This document shows positions 13,407 through 25,640 of a stretch of DNA of 64,000 nt, piece by piece. The DNA lies in contig NC_087438.1 in assembly GCF_036321535.1 (NCBI RefSeq), positions 9,302,001 to 9,366,000 of the forward strand, written 5' to 3'. The position numbers were made by a program, and so were the translations under genes. The DNA is from Camelus dromedarius. Lineage: Eukaryota. The notes under the pieces were generated by a model. The model saw only the letters and a list, made by a program, of their open reading frames with translations, ran no database searches and was not told the DNA's origin. Numbering within the stretch: the stretch's first letter is position 1; every line of letters begins with the position of its first letter.

Positions 13407-14862
13407 CATTGCATTTTAAAATAGAGAAATGCTCACTATTCCTGAAAGAGCTAACTTGTTGTTTATTACATCCTTTAATAATTTATCCCCAAAGAAACCC
13501 AACTGTCAACAATCATTGAGCCATAACTGGCAACTTGTCAGTTCTCACAGCTGAATGAAAGAAGAGCAAACAGACACTACCTGTCAGAGACCACACAGTC
13601 CTGGTTATCAATGCTGATGCATCATTCCAGAATATTTTCTAGACTCATCCAAATGAACACTTACATACTGTACATTAAAGAAGACTCTTCAATATCAATT
13701 AATTTGTTCTATGAACCTATCATTTTGATGTTTACAAGAAGGAACAGACTGAAAACCATGATTACTTTTCCTAAGCCATTTAATGGAAAGCATGTATGTG
13801 GTAATCTGTAACTTAAACACATTTCACCTTCATACTGGGTTTCCATATTCTTCTGCCTTAAACTCTCACTAAGAATTTCAGATTGACTCCAGATTGCTTT
13901 GCCAACACTTACACTGAGAGGATGGCAAGTAATCACACTTCAATAACAATAAGGTTTTAAATTTGTAAACACTAATAACCAAAGCCTAATAACATACTTT
14001 AGTTCCTCTGCAATCACAGTTCTCCCCATTCTTTACTGCTTTTACACCGGAATTAATCCTATAAGTAGGCAGAGCACTAACATAGGTGGTTTTGATGATT
14101 TATATAGAAAGTACACACTTCTATTCAATAGATCAAGTGAAATTACTGCATTCGTTTCAATAATTATTATTCCTAAATAGCATATTTGGAAGTAATCAGT
14201 TGTTAATGGATTTTTATGGTATTCGTCATATATATTCTTTTATATAATGAGCCAATTTTTCTTTTTTAATGCAATCAACATACAGTTTTTGCCATTTCAT
14301 AGTGACTCAGCCTGAGATCTTAATAGTTAATAGAGACTGATGGCTGCCAGCGCCTTAGAGTCTGTCTTCATGATGAAAGGACACTATAAGCCCAAATGAA
14401 CAAATGATAGATCAATTTCCCAAAATTCATGCATGTTTTTACACAGAATTGAGAGATTGCCCTACGGTGGTATACTAGAAAAGCCATTTAGTATTTAAAT
14501 GAATGGCTTTTTAGGAAAAAATATGGTGTAGACTGTTGCTTTTTATTTCTTCAGTCAAAGAAATTTACTCAAGGAAAATAAATAAATAAATACAAATACA
14601 TATATATATATATACTTTTCCAGAGAAGACATATCTTAAAAGTTTTGACAATTAATGGTAGATCTTCAGGAAACAGTTTTTATTTGAGTGGCATATATAA
14701 GATCATAATTATTAATGTGTGTTTATGCATCAAATAGTTGAGTAATTTTATTAACATTATCTCCTGAAGGTTTTCACTACCATTTAATTGTGTGAGGATT
14801 TAGCTTGATTAACGTTACATGAATTAGTTTAAATAAATTACATTTTTTTCAAAAGTTCAATG

Positions 14863-15692
14863 TGCCAAAATCTAAAATACTAGCAACATCAGATGCTAGC
14901 AAGGACATGGAGCAACAGGCACTCTCATTCATTTCTGATGAGGATACAAAATGATACAGGTACATTGGAAGAGAGTTTGGCAGTTTTTTACAAAACTAAA
15001 TATGCTCTTACCGTACAATTTGGTATTTACATAAAGGAGTTGAAAACTTACATCCACACAAAAACCTGCACACAGATGTTTATGGCAGTTTTATTCATAA
15101 TTGCCAAAACTTGGAAGCAGCTGTCTTTCAGCAGGTAAATGGATAAATTAACTGTGGTACATCTATGCAGTGGAATATTATTCAGCTCTCAAAAGGCATG
15201 AGCTGTCAATCCATGAAAAGATATGGAGGAAACTTAAGGGAATTATTACTAAGTAAATGAAGATAATCTGAGAAGGCTACATACTGTATGATTATAACTA
15301 CATGGCATTCTGGAAAAGGTAAATCTGGGTACAATAGAAAAAAAAATCAATGGCTGCCAGAAGTTGGGTTTCAGGATGAATAGGTGGGGCACAGGATTTT
15401 AGGGTAGACAAAGTCTACTGTAGAATGCTACATCGGTGGATTCATGTCACTATACATTTGTCTAAATCTGTAGTGTGTACAAAACCAAGGATTAACCCTA
15501 ATGCAAAGTATGAAGATTGAGTGACCATGATGTGTCAGTGTAGGTTCAGCTATTGTCATAAAGGTTCCACTCTGGTGGGGATGTTGATAATGGGGGGAGG
15601 CTATGCATGTGGGAGCAGGGGGCAAACAAGAAATCTCTGTATTTTCTGCTCAAATTTTCTATGAACCTAAAACACCTCTAAAAAGCAGTCTA
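14863..15692 (+). mobile_element. L1MC-like LINE-1, ORF2 C-terminus and 3' UTR
   Basis: ORF 14893-15138 ends ...KELKTYIHTKTCTQMFMAVLFIIAKTWKQ, the L1 ORF2 C-terminal motif. Followed by a typical L1MC 3' UTR ending gaacctaaaacacctctaaaaa. Confidence 0.9.
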
Positions 15693-16734
15693 TATATTTT
15701 CTAAATGTTCAATATTACTACTAGTTTATATTATTTATTTCAGGGTGCATATTATTTAGTATGTTAAACATCATGATCATTTCACTTCGCTTATTTTTTG
15801 GAGCACTGAGGAAATATATAATTATAGTATGTGGGACTTGAGATGAATTTAGATGGAAAAAGGAAAGGACAGCACAAATTAGGGGAAATGTATTTTTCTC
15901 ATTCTGTTAGAAACAAAGCAACTGGCTATAAACATCCATTCAGAAAATAAAGCCCATAAGAAAAAAGTAGCCTTAACAGTTTCAACTGGAGTTCTGTGCT
16001 TCACCAGTGACATTACACTATCATTCTTGGTCTTAATGTATTTTTCCACCATTGTTTGTCAAGAATGCATGATGTGCTGCTAGCATTAGCCAGCTCTGTG
16101 CAGGAAAACAGACAAAATGTCTACAGTATCTTCAATAGCTCACAAAACCACCACAGACCTTTATACGTCATGGACTTGGTCTGACTCAAGAAAAATATGA
16201 GTGGAAAATTTAATGAAGTACCTGAGGAGTGAGAAGCCATTTTTATCTTCTAAAACAAGTGGGCTGTAACTCAAGACATTCCAAAGTTTTAATATGAGTG
16301 AACACACTTTGTAGCTTCAAAGTTTTTCCAAAACTCTTAGAGAGCAATAAAGTTAAAAGCATTGTTCTATAAATAAATCTTTGTTGGAGACAACAAAATG
16401 ATGTTTTCAAAATAAGCTTTCTTCAGAAAATGAGATACATGACTTTTACTCACCAATGAAATAGTAACAATGCATCCATCCTTGAACACAGACTCCACAT
16501 AAAAACGAGCCTTGCAGGAAGGCATAAGAATTGGGAGTTCTTAAGTAATGGCTATGAAAAATGTAACATTTTTATTAAGTTTATTTTACGTTTAACTGTG
16601 TTATCATAAAAATACCTCACCACACTTGGAATGCTTAATAAAAAAGTTTGAATTATTACTTTTACAGTCAAAAAGGTGACCTACTAAAAATGTATTTAAA
16701 ATAGGATGGTCAGAAAAGCATCCAAATAAACTTG

Positions 16735-16980
16735 ATATTGTGGAAGAAACTTTCTATCTTGGCACAAGAATATCTAGGTTTGGGTCCTTCTTTTCCATCA
16801 ATCACTTTTTCATCATGGGTAATGTCTAATCCTTCTACACAATTCCATAAGATGTATGCAAGTATGATAAAAATAAAACCTTCATCACTAGACTATTCTA
16901 TTGGATAACTAAGAGAGATTATGTATGGGAAAATGCTAAGCAAACTGCCATATGCTTATGCAAAATGTAATTATATTAGG
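16735..16980 (+). mobile_element. MIR SINE (decayed)
   Basis: MIR-like layout with 3' part gagagattatgtatgggaaaatgct. Confidence 0.55.
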
Positions 16981-17299
16981 TCTGCTTCTAACACTAGTTA
17001 CTATGTTGTTACGTGATAGTAAATCATTAAATCTCTTTTCATCACAAAATGTAGCATACAAGAAGAGGTACATGAGATACATGTTTATTTTAAAGGATAA
17101 CAATTTTCAAAACAGATTGCTTAAGATAAAATGTTATCTACACTTTCGACGTCTCCTTTTGCCCTTCTTGATAACGTGTCCTCACACACTTCAAAATCGC
17201 AAAGGTAACCACTTCGCTTTCTTTGACATCCTCTTGTTTGTCTTCGTAGATTAACTATAGTAATGCGTACCCCTAAATATTGGGGATTGTCTCAAATTG

Positions 17300-17537
17300 G
17301 CTTGTTTAGAGAGTTCTGGGACATTTTAAGTGGTTAGCTAGGGCAGCAGGATTCTAAAGAGGAGCATTCCAGAAGGAAAATCCCCATGTGTAAGTAAGCA
17401 TTTGTCGAGCTTTGTTTGCATTATGCTTGCAAATGTTCTAATGGCCAAACCCAAGGTCAACGGGGGAGATGCTTCACAAAGACGTGAATTCTAGGAGATG
17501 TGATTTGTTTGGAACAAACAAGGCAATAGTCTACCAC
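17300..17537 (-). mobile_element. MLT1-family MaLR LTR fragment
   Basis: Ends with the LTR terminus aatagtctaccaca; internal ggccaaacccaaggtcaa. Confidence 0.6.
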
Positions 17538-18070
17538 AAAGATCTAAGCAGGCAGACTTGAGAGGATCACAGAAATACATATACAGACAGTGACTGCCAA
17601 AGTGTCAAGTTAGAATTTAGTATCAAATCAGTGTTATTTAGAACAGGGGCTATGAAAGGAGAAATGTCTTCAAGGCGTAGATGGACAGGACAAAATCTGA
17701 GACATGGAATGTAGAAATCTTAGGAATACTACCAAAATTGAAATATCGATTCATAATTGAGGATTCTTGCACCAAAATTCTGAAATTCCTCCAAACAACC
17801 TCCCCAGAGAAGTGGAGCCAAATGTAGATTTAAAGAAAAAGAAAAGAATTAATGATTTAATTATGTCACTCAACTCTTGGAGAGAAAGGAATGCAGAGTC
17901 TAAGAACCAGAAAGTCACCGATTTCACTCTTAGTTCTGGGACACATTAAAAATAACACTCATATTCTCCCCAAATATAAGCATATTTGGTAACAGGAGGA
18001 TTTCTTGGTGACTACTCTGAAGAGATGCTTGATATTCTGAATTTTGTTTTATCTGTTTTGCTTCCTTCAG

Positions 18071-18149
18071 AAACAGCAATACTGATAGACTCATCCTCAG
18101 TATCAGAGCTGTTTTCAAATAGTAAACGCACGTTGACAAAAACTCTAAG
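18071..18149 (+). other. Isolated candidate exon (79 nt), gene unknown
   Basis: Strong acceptor ttttgttttatctgttttgcttccttcag and donor AAG|GTACGG. One open frame (ETAILIDSSSVSELFSNSKRTLTKTL), not recognised. Confidence 0.3.
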
Positions 18150-21100
18150 GTACGGCGAGACTGAGGGGCACGGAGGTGCTCTCACTGGATGAGTACACAT
18201 GGCAACTTGATTTCAAGGCAGTGGGATAATCATGAAATCAAGGGGTAAGAGGGCAGCTGCTGAATCCAGAACACTTAGCACAACTTTTAATCAAACCAAG
18301 GTCAGCTGCTGGATAAGCTACGGTGTGAAAAGAAAGTTCGGTGACAGGCTTTGAAAACCTTGTCCATAGATAAATAGAAATGATTACATTTGTATTTAGA
18401 CATTGCTGAAGGGGCAATGTTCAGTTTAGTAGTTTTTGTAACCATGGACAGCTACACTGTCTTCATGAGCATCTTTAAAAAGGGAATAAAATAGAAAAGA
18501 TGTATTGTTTGACTAGTAAGTATGGTTTATCCGGGATGTCTTGCTGACTGCAGAATGTGATCCTTTCTCATTCATTTTTTGGAGGAATTTATTGGATCAC
18601 ATGTTGTCCCACTTCATGCTAACACTATACAGGTTATTTTAGATCACTTTGTGGGAGAAAACTGTTTTCTAAACTCTGGCTTTATAAAATATGTAAAATG
18701 TCAGTTTTCAGGCAACTCACTTTACCTATCTACGTTGTAATTTTCTTATTTTTTAAAATGGAAGATTGGTTTCCCCCAAAATTCAGAAAATAATTCCTAG
18801 CTGTAATTTTTTTTTATTTTTGGCTTCTTTCTATTATTGGTCAGTCCTTGTATAAGCTTTAGAGAGACAGAGTGGCATAAAGAATCATCTTCAAGTGATT
18901 AATTATTAATTAGTTACTTGGAGGTCTCAGATAAATATACAAAAATATAAATAATCACATAAGCTAGCATGGGGGACCCATAATGTTAAAGGGCTTTCAT
19001 AGCAAGTCCCTCATGAATAGAGAAAAGGTAGAAATCTTCCACCTAAAACTAGATGCCCTCTCACTTTTCATGGTATAAAACACTGTATTTTAATGAAGAA
19101 GAGAATTCAAATCCAGAAGCCATAAAATCCTGTCACTTTGCAGAGGGTTTAATTTAAGACTAGAATATGAATAGATTTGGGTAAAACAGCTGTTTGCACA
19201 TCATGAAACGTTTTGAGTTAAGATTGAGTCTTCTACTGATGCAGCCTCTTTGAAAAGTGGCTTCTATTCCCTAACGCCTCACCATGGGCTAAAAAGGAGC
19301 AGAAACATTCATTCCAAACTGCAATTTCTGTCATAAAATGTATGCCTATTTTGAACTGTGATCTTTCTCAGTAATTCTACTTCTCCATATTATGTATCCA
19401 CTGTTCAGATTTTTTTTTAATTTAAAGATAAAATTAATTCGGAAGACATACACAAATACACAGCTGTAAAAACATTTTCCAAAGACTGCTCTAAGGGAAG
19501 CATTTTCCAGAGACTGCTTTATGCATAGTGATAGAAAAATAGCTGTTTAGTCGAAAAATAGCTGTTTAGTCTAAAAATACAGAATTTCTCGTTTAAACGA
19601 AGTATGCTTTTTCCCCTCTAAACTACCAGCGTATACCAGAGAACTTTTCACATATAGCCCTTAAGTAAAATGCACAAATAAAATCGCCATGACTTTACTG
19701 AGGGTAACAGAGAGCTAGGGGCAGCCTATATTTCCATGACTTAGGAAATACATAACTGAATTGTAGTGAATGCACGCTGTGGTCTATGAAGCAGCTAGAA
19801 GAAATGAACTACTATATGTAGCTAGAGTAACACTGAAAAATAATCGAAAACAATTTTTGGTGAAGAAATATGTTTAAAAAACAAATATAATAAAAGTATA
19901 TCAGTTTAAAAATATTTTTAAAAACACAGATACACACAGACACAAGCATGCACACGTACACAAATACAAATGCACATACAAGACACATATCAAACAAGTA
20001 CTGGGTTTTAGAGAGAGAGAAGAGTGGGTGTTGGGATAAAGGAAATTAACAAAGGTACAGAAAAGTTTGCTTGGAAAACAAAAGAAATATAGCAGAAGGA
20101 GAAAGAAGACTGAGGATTAATGAAATAAACTCAGATTTTTTTTTCCAGTATCAAGTGTATCCAAGATAATTATGAAGAAATGCCATTGGAGAAGGAATCA
20201 TGGGAGACATACGGTATTGAAGAGATTCTTAGTATTCAATGGAATAGTCTGAAGATATTATAAACACAAAAGTTATAAAATTAAACAATATCACTGTAAA
20301 TTTTTATTTATTTATAAAAATACAGGATGCAAAAGTAAATACATGAAGATTTAACTATTAAAACTATGGAAAAAATAAGAAAGAAAGTGAAAGCATTAAG
20401 AAGCTTACAATTATGAATGGGTTTTTATATTTTTAATTAGTGAAAATTGCATGTTTAAAGATTTATTTTTTCTTTCATACCACATTTTTTTTATTTTCAA
20501 AGAATTCAATGCTTTGATTGTATTACTTATATAATGTATAATTTTGGTTTTATTACTTCTGTGTTTATAAAATATGACACAGTATTTGTAATATGTTAAA
20601 TACACACTAAAGTTTTCCAGGAATAAGGAAAAAGGTTATCCCTATACACTTATTAAAATGGGCACCATGAGTGTCAAAGTGAAGAACCCCACCACCTGCA
20701 TTACAACAGGATTTAAGCAATTACTTTTATGTCTTGGCTTTTGCAAATTTCAAATTGGTTTCTATAGAGCCAAGAATGTTCTAAAATTAAGGCACATGAA
20801 TTATCTGTGATACACATGAGGTCTAGGTCATTGGATGGGAGTGAAAATAAGAATAGTAATAGCAGGACTCTAGCAAAGGAGGCTCTCAGTCAAACTCCAG
20901 ATGTGGGGGCATAGGGTCTGCCACATAAAACCACTGCCTTCAGTTGCTCCGTAAGTCAGTTCCAGAAGGATTGTGGGAAAATGGGCGGAGCTTTTTTTGG
21001 TTCTCACCTTGGAAGTGTTAGGTTACTTATATAATGTATATTGAAAATTGAAGTATTCAGGTTTTGACTGATTTCAAACTCCACAGCTAAGAGTACAAGA

Positions 21101-22339
21101 ATGCAACAAAGCCTCAATGGTCTTGTCCATGAAATACTGTATTAGCATTATTAGTAGCAATTAATAGTTACTGTTAATTTTATCATTGATAAAATGAATA
21201 AAATTATTATATCACATAATAGAATTTTCCTTGTATTATAGTATTATATCTGTATGATAGTTTTGGTTATTGATACCACTGTGATTTCATTATAAAATAA
21301 TCATAATAAATATTTATTTCTTATCATAATTAAGGAACTAGAAAAAACTCTAAAGAAAAGTAACTTTTACACTTATTTCTTTTTTTCTCAGAGTGATCAA
21401 TTCTGCATCTCACTAAAAATACAGTGTGTCACATTTTGGAAAGCAGACATTGGATTTAAATAAATAATGTGTGGCACATGCATTCTTGTTTTACTCTCTT
21501 GATCCCTTTATTTGCATCTGATGTGTCAAATTATCAAGGAACTCTTCAGACAAAAAATAGGACATGTGAATTAAATAAGTTCTTGTAAGTTTTCATCTTT
21601 CATAAATTGTCATAAAGTGTGAAGAAAAGATCCAGGAAAGACTGATGTTTAAAAGTTTGTGCTTATAGAATGACTCCTCTGCTCTTACCATGGTCCTTTA
21701 ACATTTTCGATCTTCAAATTCTGGCAGTTATGTGATGGCCCATACATTAGCTTTAGAGGACAGAACTTGAATAATAAAACATTGCCAGGTAATACTTACA
21801 AAAACTGAAAAGAGTTTAGTTTTTTAACTCCAGACACGGTCAAATTTAAGCTGACTGGCGTTAAAGGTTTAAGATGTGTGTCATAGTTAATCTATGTAAT
21901 TTTCACAAATTGAAATTTTATTCATATGCTTATGGAGAATATTAAAATTTAGCAATCAGCAACATAATTGATGTATTGATACAAATGAAAGATATATAAA
22001 GAAACATTTCTGACAGAAAGCGTATAACATACTTGTTTCTCTCAAAATCAAAATTTAAAAATTATTTGTTCTTTAACAATTTACTTTTTTCTTCAATAAA
22101 AATTATTTTAAAGATAAATTCCAAAGATATAATTACCTAAAGATTTAAGTTTAAGGAAGATGAATTTAATTCAAGCAAGATATATAACAATTGAACTAGT
22201 ATAAGACTTTTATTATTTTATTTTCCTCAATAAATCATAATGAAAAATCTAGGAAAAAAGCAAGTATACACATTTTGATTCAAGGAAACAAGAAGTTTGA
22301 ATAAAAATGCTTTATGACTAAAAATATATGTTTTGGGGA

Positions 22340-24285
22340 ATTTATTTACATATGACATGATTGTCTATTAAAAAATAACATTACAACTCAAAAAGAAACT
22401 GTTGAAATTAATGAGAGTATAACAGTGTTGCAGTTTAAAATACTCAAAATTAAATATATAGCACAAATGAGAAACTGAAGTTTAAAATTTTAAAAATAAC
22501 ATTTATAATAGCACCCAAGAAATTGAAATAAGTGTAAAATCTAACAGAAATATAAATATTTATATGCAGGAAACAATAAAACTCTGTTGAGAGAAATAAA
22601 AATGACCTAAATTAAGTCGAGACAGACTTTGTTTTCATGGGCTGTAAGAATCAATATTATGATGAGAAATGTTCACAACTCGATCTATAGGTCCAATATA
22701 ACCTGAACGAAATCCCATGAAGCTATTTTTACAGATATTAACAATCTGATTGTAAAGTGTACATGAAAAGGCAAGAGACCTGGATAAACTAACACAATAC
22801 TAAAGAGAAAGAACAAAATTGGGAGAATCACACTGTCCAGTTTCATACCTACTATAAACTGCAGTAATCAAGACAGTGTGGTATTGTTCAAAGGATAAGC
22901 ATATAGCTCAATGCAACAGAATAGAAAGCCCAGAAAGAGACCACACAAATATTGTCAACTGATTTTTGACAAAGGAGCAAGGATAATTAATCGAAGAAAC
23001 TGTAGAATGACTGGTCCTGGAAAAACTGGATTTCCATATCCATAAACACAGCACTTTACTCAGACCTTACATGATTCATAAAGAAAAAAACTCAAATGGG
23101 TTATAGACCTGAATGTAAAAGGCAGAACTGCACAACTTCTAGAAGAAAATGGAAGAGAAAATTCTATGGGTTTGGTGATGAATTTTTGATATAATATCAA
23201 AAGTTCAGTAAATGAAGGGAAAAACTGATAAGCTAGATTTATGAAAAGTAAAAACTTTTTTCTGAGAAAGACGCTACTAGGATAATAAAAAGGCAAGCCA
23301 CAGACTGGGAAAAATGTTTACATACAAAAATCTGATAAGGAAAATTTGTTCAAGATAAACAGAGAGCTTGAGATTTAACAATAAGAAAACAAATAACCCA
23401 GTTAAAAAATGAACAAGTGATCTAAGGAGAGAGACCTTACTTAAGAAGATACACAAATGATAAGAAGCATAGGGGAAGATTAATTCGATTAAAATAAGGA
23501 GATACTACTACACACTTATTAGGATTAAAATTCAACAACTGAAAATACCAGTTGCTAGCAGAGCAACAGGAAACTTTCATTCATTGCCGGTGGGAATTCA
23601 TAATGGCACAGACACTTTGCAAGACAGTTTGAAAGACTTTTCTTTCTCTCTTTCTTTCTTTTCTTTCTTTCTTTCTCTTTCTTTCTTCCTTTCATTCTCT
23701 TTCTTTCTTCCTTTCTTCCTTTCTTTCCCTTTCTTTCTTTCTTTCTTCCTTCCCTTCCTCCTTTCTTTATTTCTTTTTGCCAAACTAAATAGTTTTACCA
23801 TACAATTGAAAAATCTAGACCCTAAGTATCTGCACGGCTAGTTTAAAATTTAAGTCCCCACAAAAACCTGCTTGCTAATGTTTATAAAAGCTTTATTCTT
23901 AATTGTCAAACACTGGAAGCAATCAGATGAACTTTAATAAAAGAATAAATAAACTGGGGTACATTCTTATAATGTTATAGCATTCAGAAGTAAAGAGAAA
24001 TGAGCCATCAAGCCACAAAAAAAAAAAAGAATAAATCTTAAATGTGTATTTCTAAGTGAAAAAAAGCCAATCTGAAAAGCTACATAATATATGGGTCCAA
24101 AGATATTGCATCACCGAAAAGGTAAATTATAGGTTCAATAGTTGTCAGGAATTCTGGAGAAGAAAAGGATTGAATGGATGAAGCAGAGTAAAATTATTTT
24201 GTACAATACTATAATTTTGGATATACAACATTATGTGTTTGTTAAAATCTGTAGGACTTCACAACCCAGAGAATGAGCCTTCATG
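22340..24285 (+). mobile_element. L1MC/L1MD-like LINE-1, 3' half of ORF2 plus 3' UTR
   Basis: Decayed RT motif (tttacatatgacatgattgtctat, ~FADDMIVY). tactataaactgcagtaatcaagacagtgtggtattg (~YYKATVIKTVWYW). L1M 3' UTR follows. Confidence 0.9.
23637..23778 (+). repeat. Imperfect (CTTT/CTTC)n pyrimidine microsatellite inside the L1
   Basis: Directly visible; explains ORFs 23584-23841 and 23598-23801. Confidence 0.95.
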
Positions 24286-24574
24286 TCTTCACTTCCCACA
24301 ACGAACACATTCTTAAGTGAAAAACACTTTAGGACAGCTGAAGCCTTCATCTACGAAATAGAGAGATTACAAAAGCCCTACCAGCCAGTACCTAGAGCTC
24401 TAGAATAAATTCTTTAAAGAATTTTTCACTGATGCCTCATGCTGGAGCCTTTGTAAGGGACCGGTCTACTGTGAAGTCACATGTCAGCTCAGTGAGTCTA
24501 GGCATTTAGCAGGTCACTTCAAAGAGCAATAATAATACTGGCATGTAATAAAGAATAGCTAAATCTTCAACGAC

Positions 24575-24720
24575 AATTAATTGTATTCATGTCTCTAAAC
24601 ACTTACTCATTTAGACTTTAAAACTCAGTATTTTATAGATAAAAATACACAGTCATGAGAGTTTAAGAAATGTTACCCCATTCACCTCGTTAAGCATTAA
24701 AGCTAAGCTTCAAACCCAAA
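24575..24720 (-). mobile_element. MIR fragment
   Basis: atttttatagataaaaatacacagtcatgagagtttaagaaatgttaccc resembles the antisense MIR core. Confidence 0.4.
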
Positions 24721-24839
24721 AGTACAGACTTCAATAGGATTTTTTTTTCCATAAAAGATAGGTCAAAAAAATTGTATCCACTAGTCAAGGAAAACAGCAG
24801 GGAAATCCAAACCTGTGGATATTCAGAGGGGAGAAAGTG

Positions 24840-25025
24840 TGTAGAGAAATATTTGACAATATTGACAGTTGCAAGGTCCACGCTATCCACAGAGTAGAGA
24901 GATCAACAGCTCAGTATAAGGATTTCATCAATGACAGCAAATGCTTGACGGCAATGGAAAATAACCAGCAACCCAGAATTTGATGCATAGCCAAACCCTG
25001 TATAAGATGTTAAACGAAATAACAT
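24840..25025 (+). mobile_element. Old L1 ORF1 fragment
   Basis: gatttcatcaatgacagcaaatgc...ccagcaacccagaatttgatgcatagccaaacc (~QPRILYPAKL). Confidence 0.45.
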
Positions 25026-25074
25026 TTTTTGTTTGATTTTTTGTTTGTTTTCAAATACTTACAAATGACCTCAA

Positions 25075-25640
25075 ATCAAGCCAGGCACATGTTCCCAGTT
25101 CCTTGATTAGGGCTCCAACCTTGTTCATGGTGGTTTTTCTCTCTGCCTCTTGGCTCTGTTGTCTGAGTCATCTTTTCCATAAAATGTAATTCATATTGTC
25201 AAATAAGTAGCTTAGATATTTCTGTGGTCTTAACAAATGTTTTACATCATAACCCTTGGCTTCATCTTTATCATATTTTCTATGATAGCAACCTAGATTA
25301 GATCTTTGACTTAGAAGTTATTATTTCACTTGAGAATCATCTGCCATCAGAGGAGAATGGGAATGAAAAAGAGTTTTATTTCCTAATTTGAGAAATCCTG
25401 GCTTTTTTGTGTTTAGTTCCTCTCTCTGTGTCTGTATCTTTCTTACACAGCAAAAAGAAGTCAGTTCTGCCTAGAAATCTTCTTAGCCACGTTATCAAGT
25501 TCACTAGGCACATATCTTACTTTTCACACTACTGCAGGTTACAAGTTACCAAAATACCACCAGGAAATAACAAGGGTCTTCTTTCCTCCAATTTCCTGTT
25601 TGCATTCTTATTATTTCCCTGCGGTCCCTCGCTAAGATCC
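25075..25640 (-). mobile_element. MaLR (MLT1/MST) internal-sequence fragment
   Basis: ttctgcctagaaatcttcttagcca...ataacaagggtcttctttcctccaatttcc resembles antisense MLT-int. Confidence 0.5.

Noticed and set aside
20523..20540. Resemblance of ttacttatataatgtata to a loxP half-site
   Set aside because: Mismatched, no second inverted arm, AT-rich coincidence.
23584..23841. Phe/Ser/Leu-rich and Lys/Glu/Arg-rich ORFs
   Set aside because: Translations of the (CTTT)n tract inside an L1.
24392..24424. Adjacent palindromes ctagagctctag and aaattctttaaagaattt
   Set aside because: Short or AT-rich palindromes of this size are expected by chance in 64 kb.
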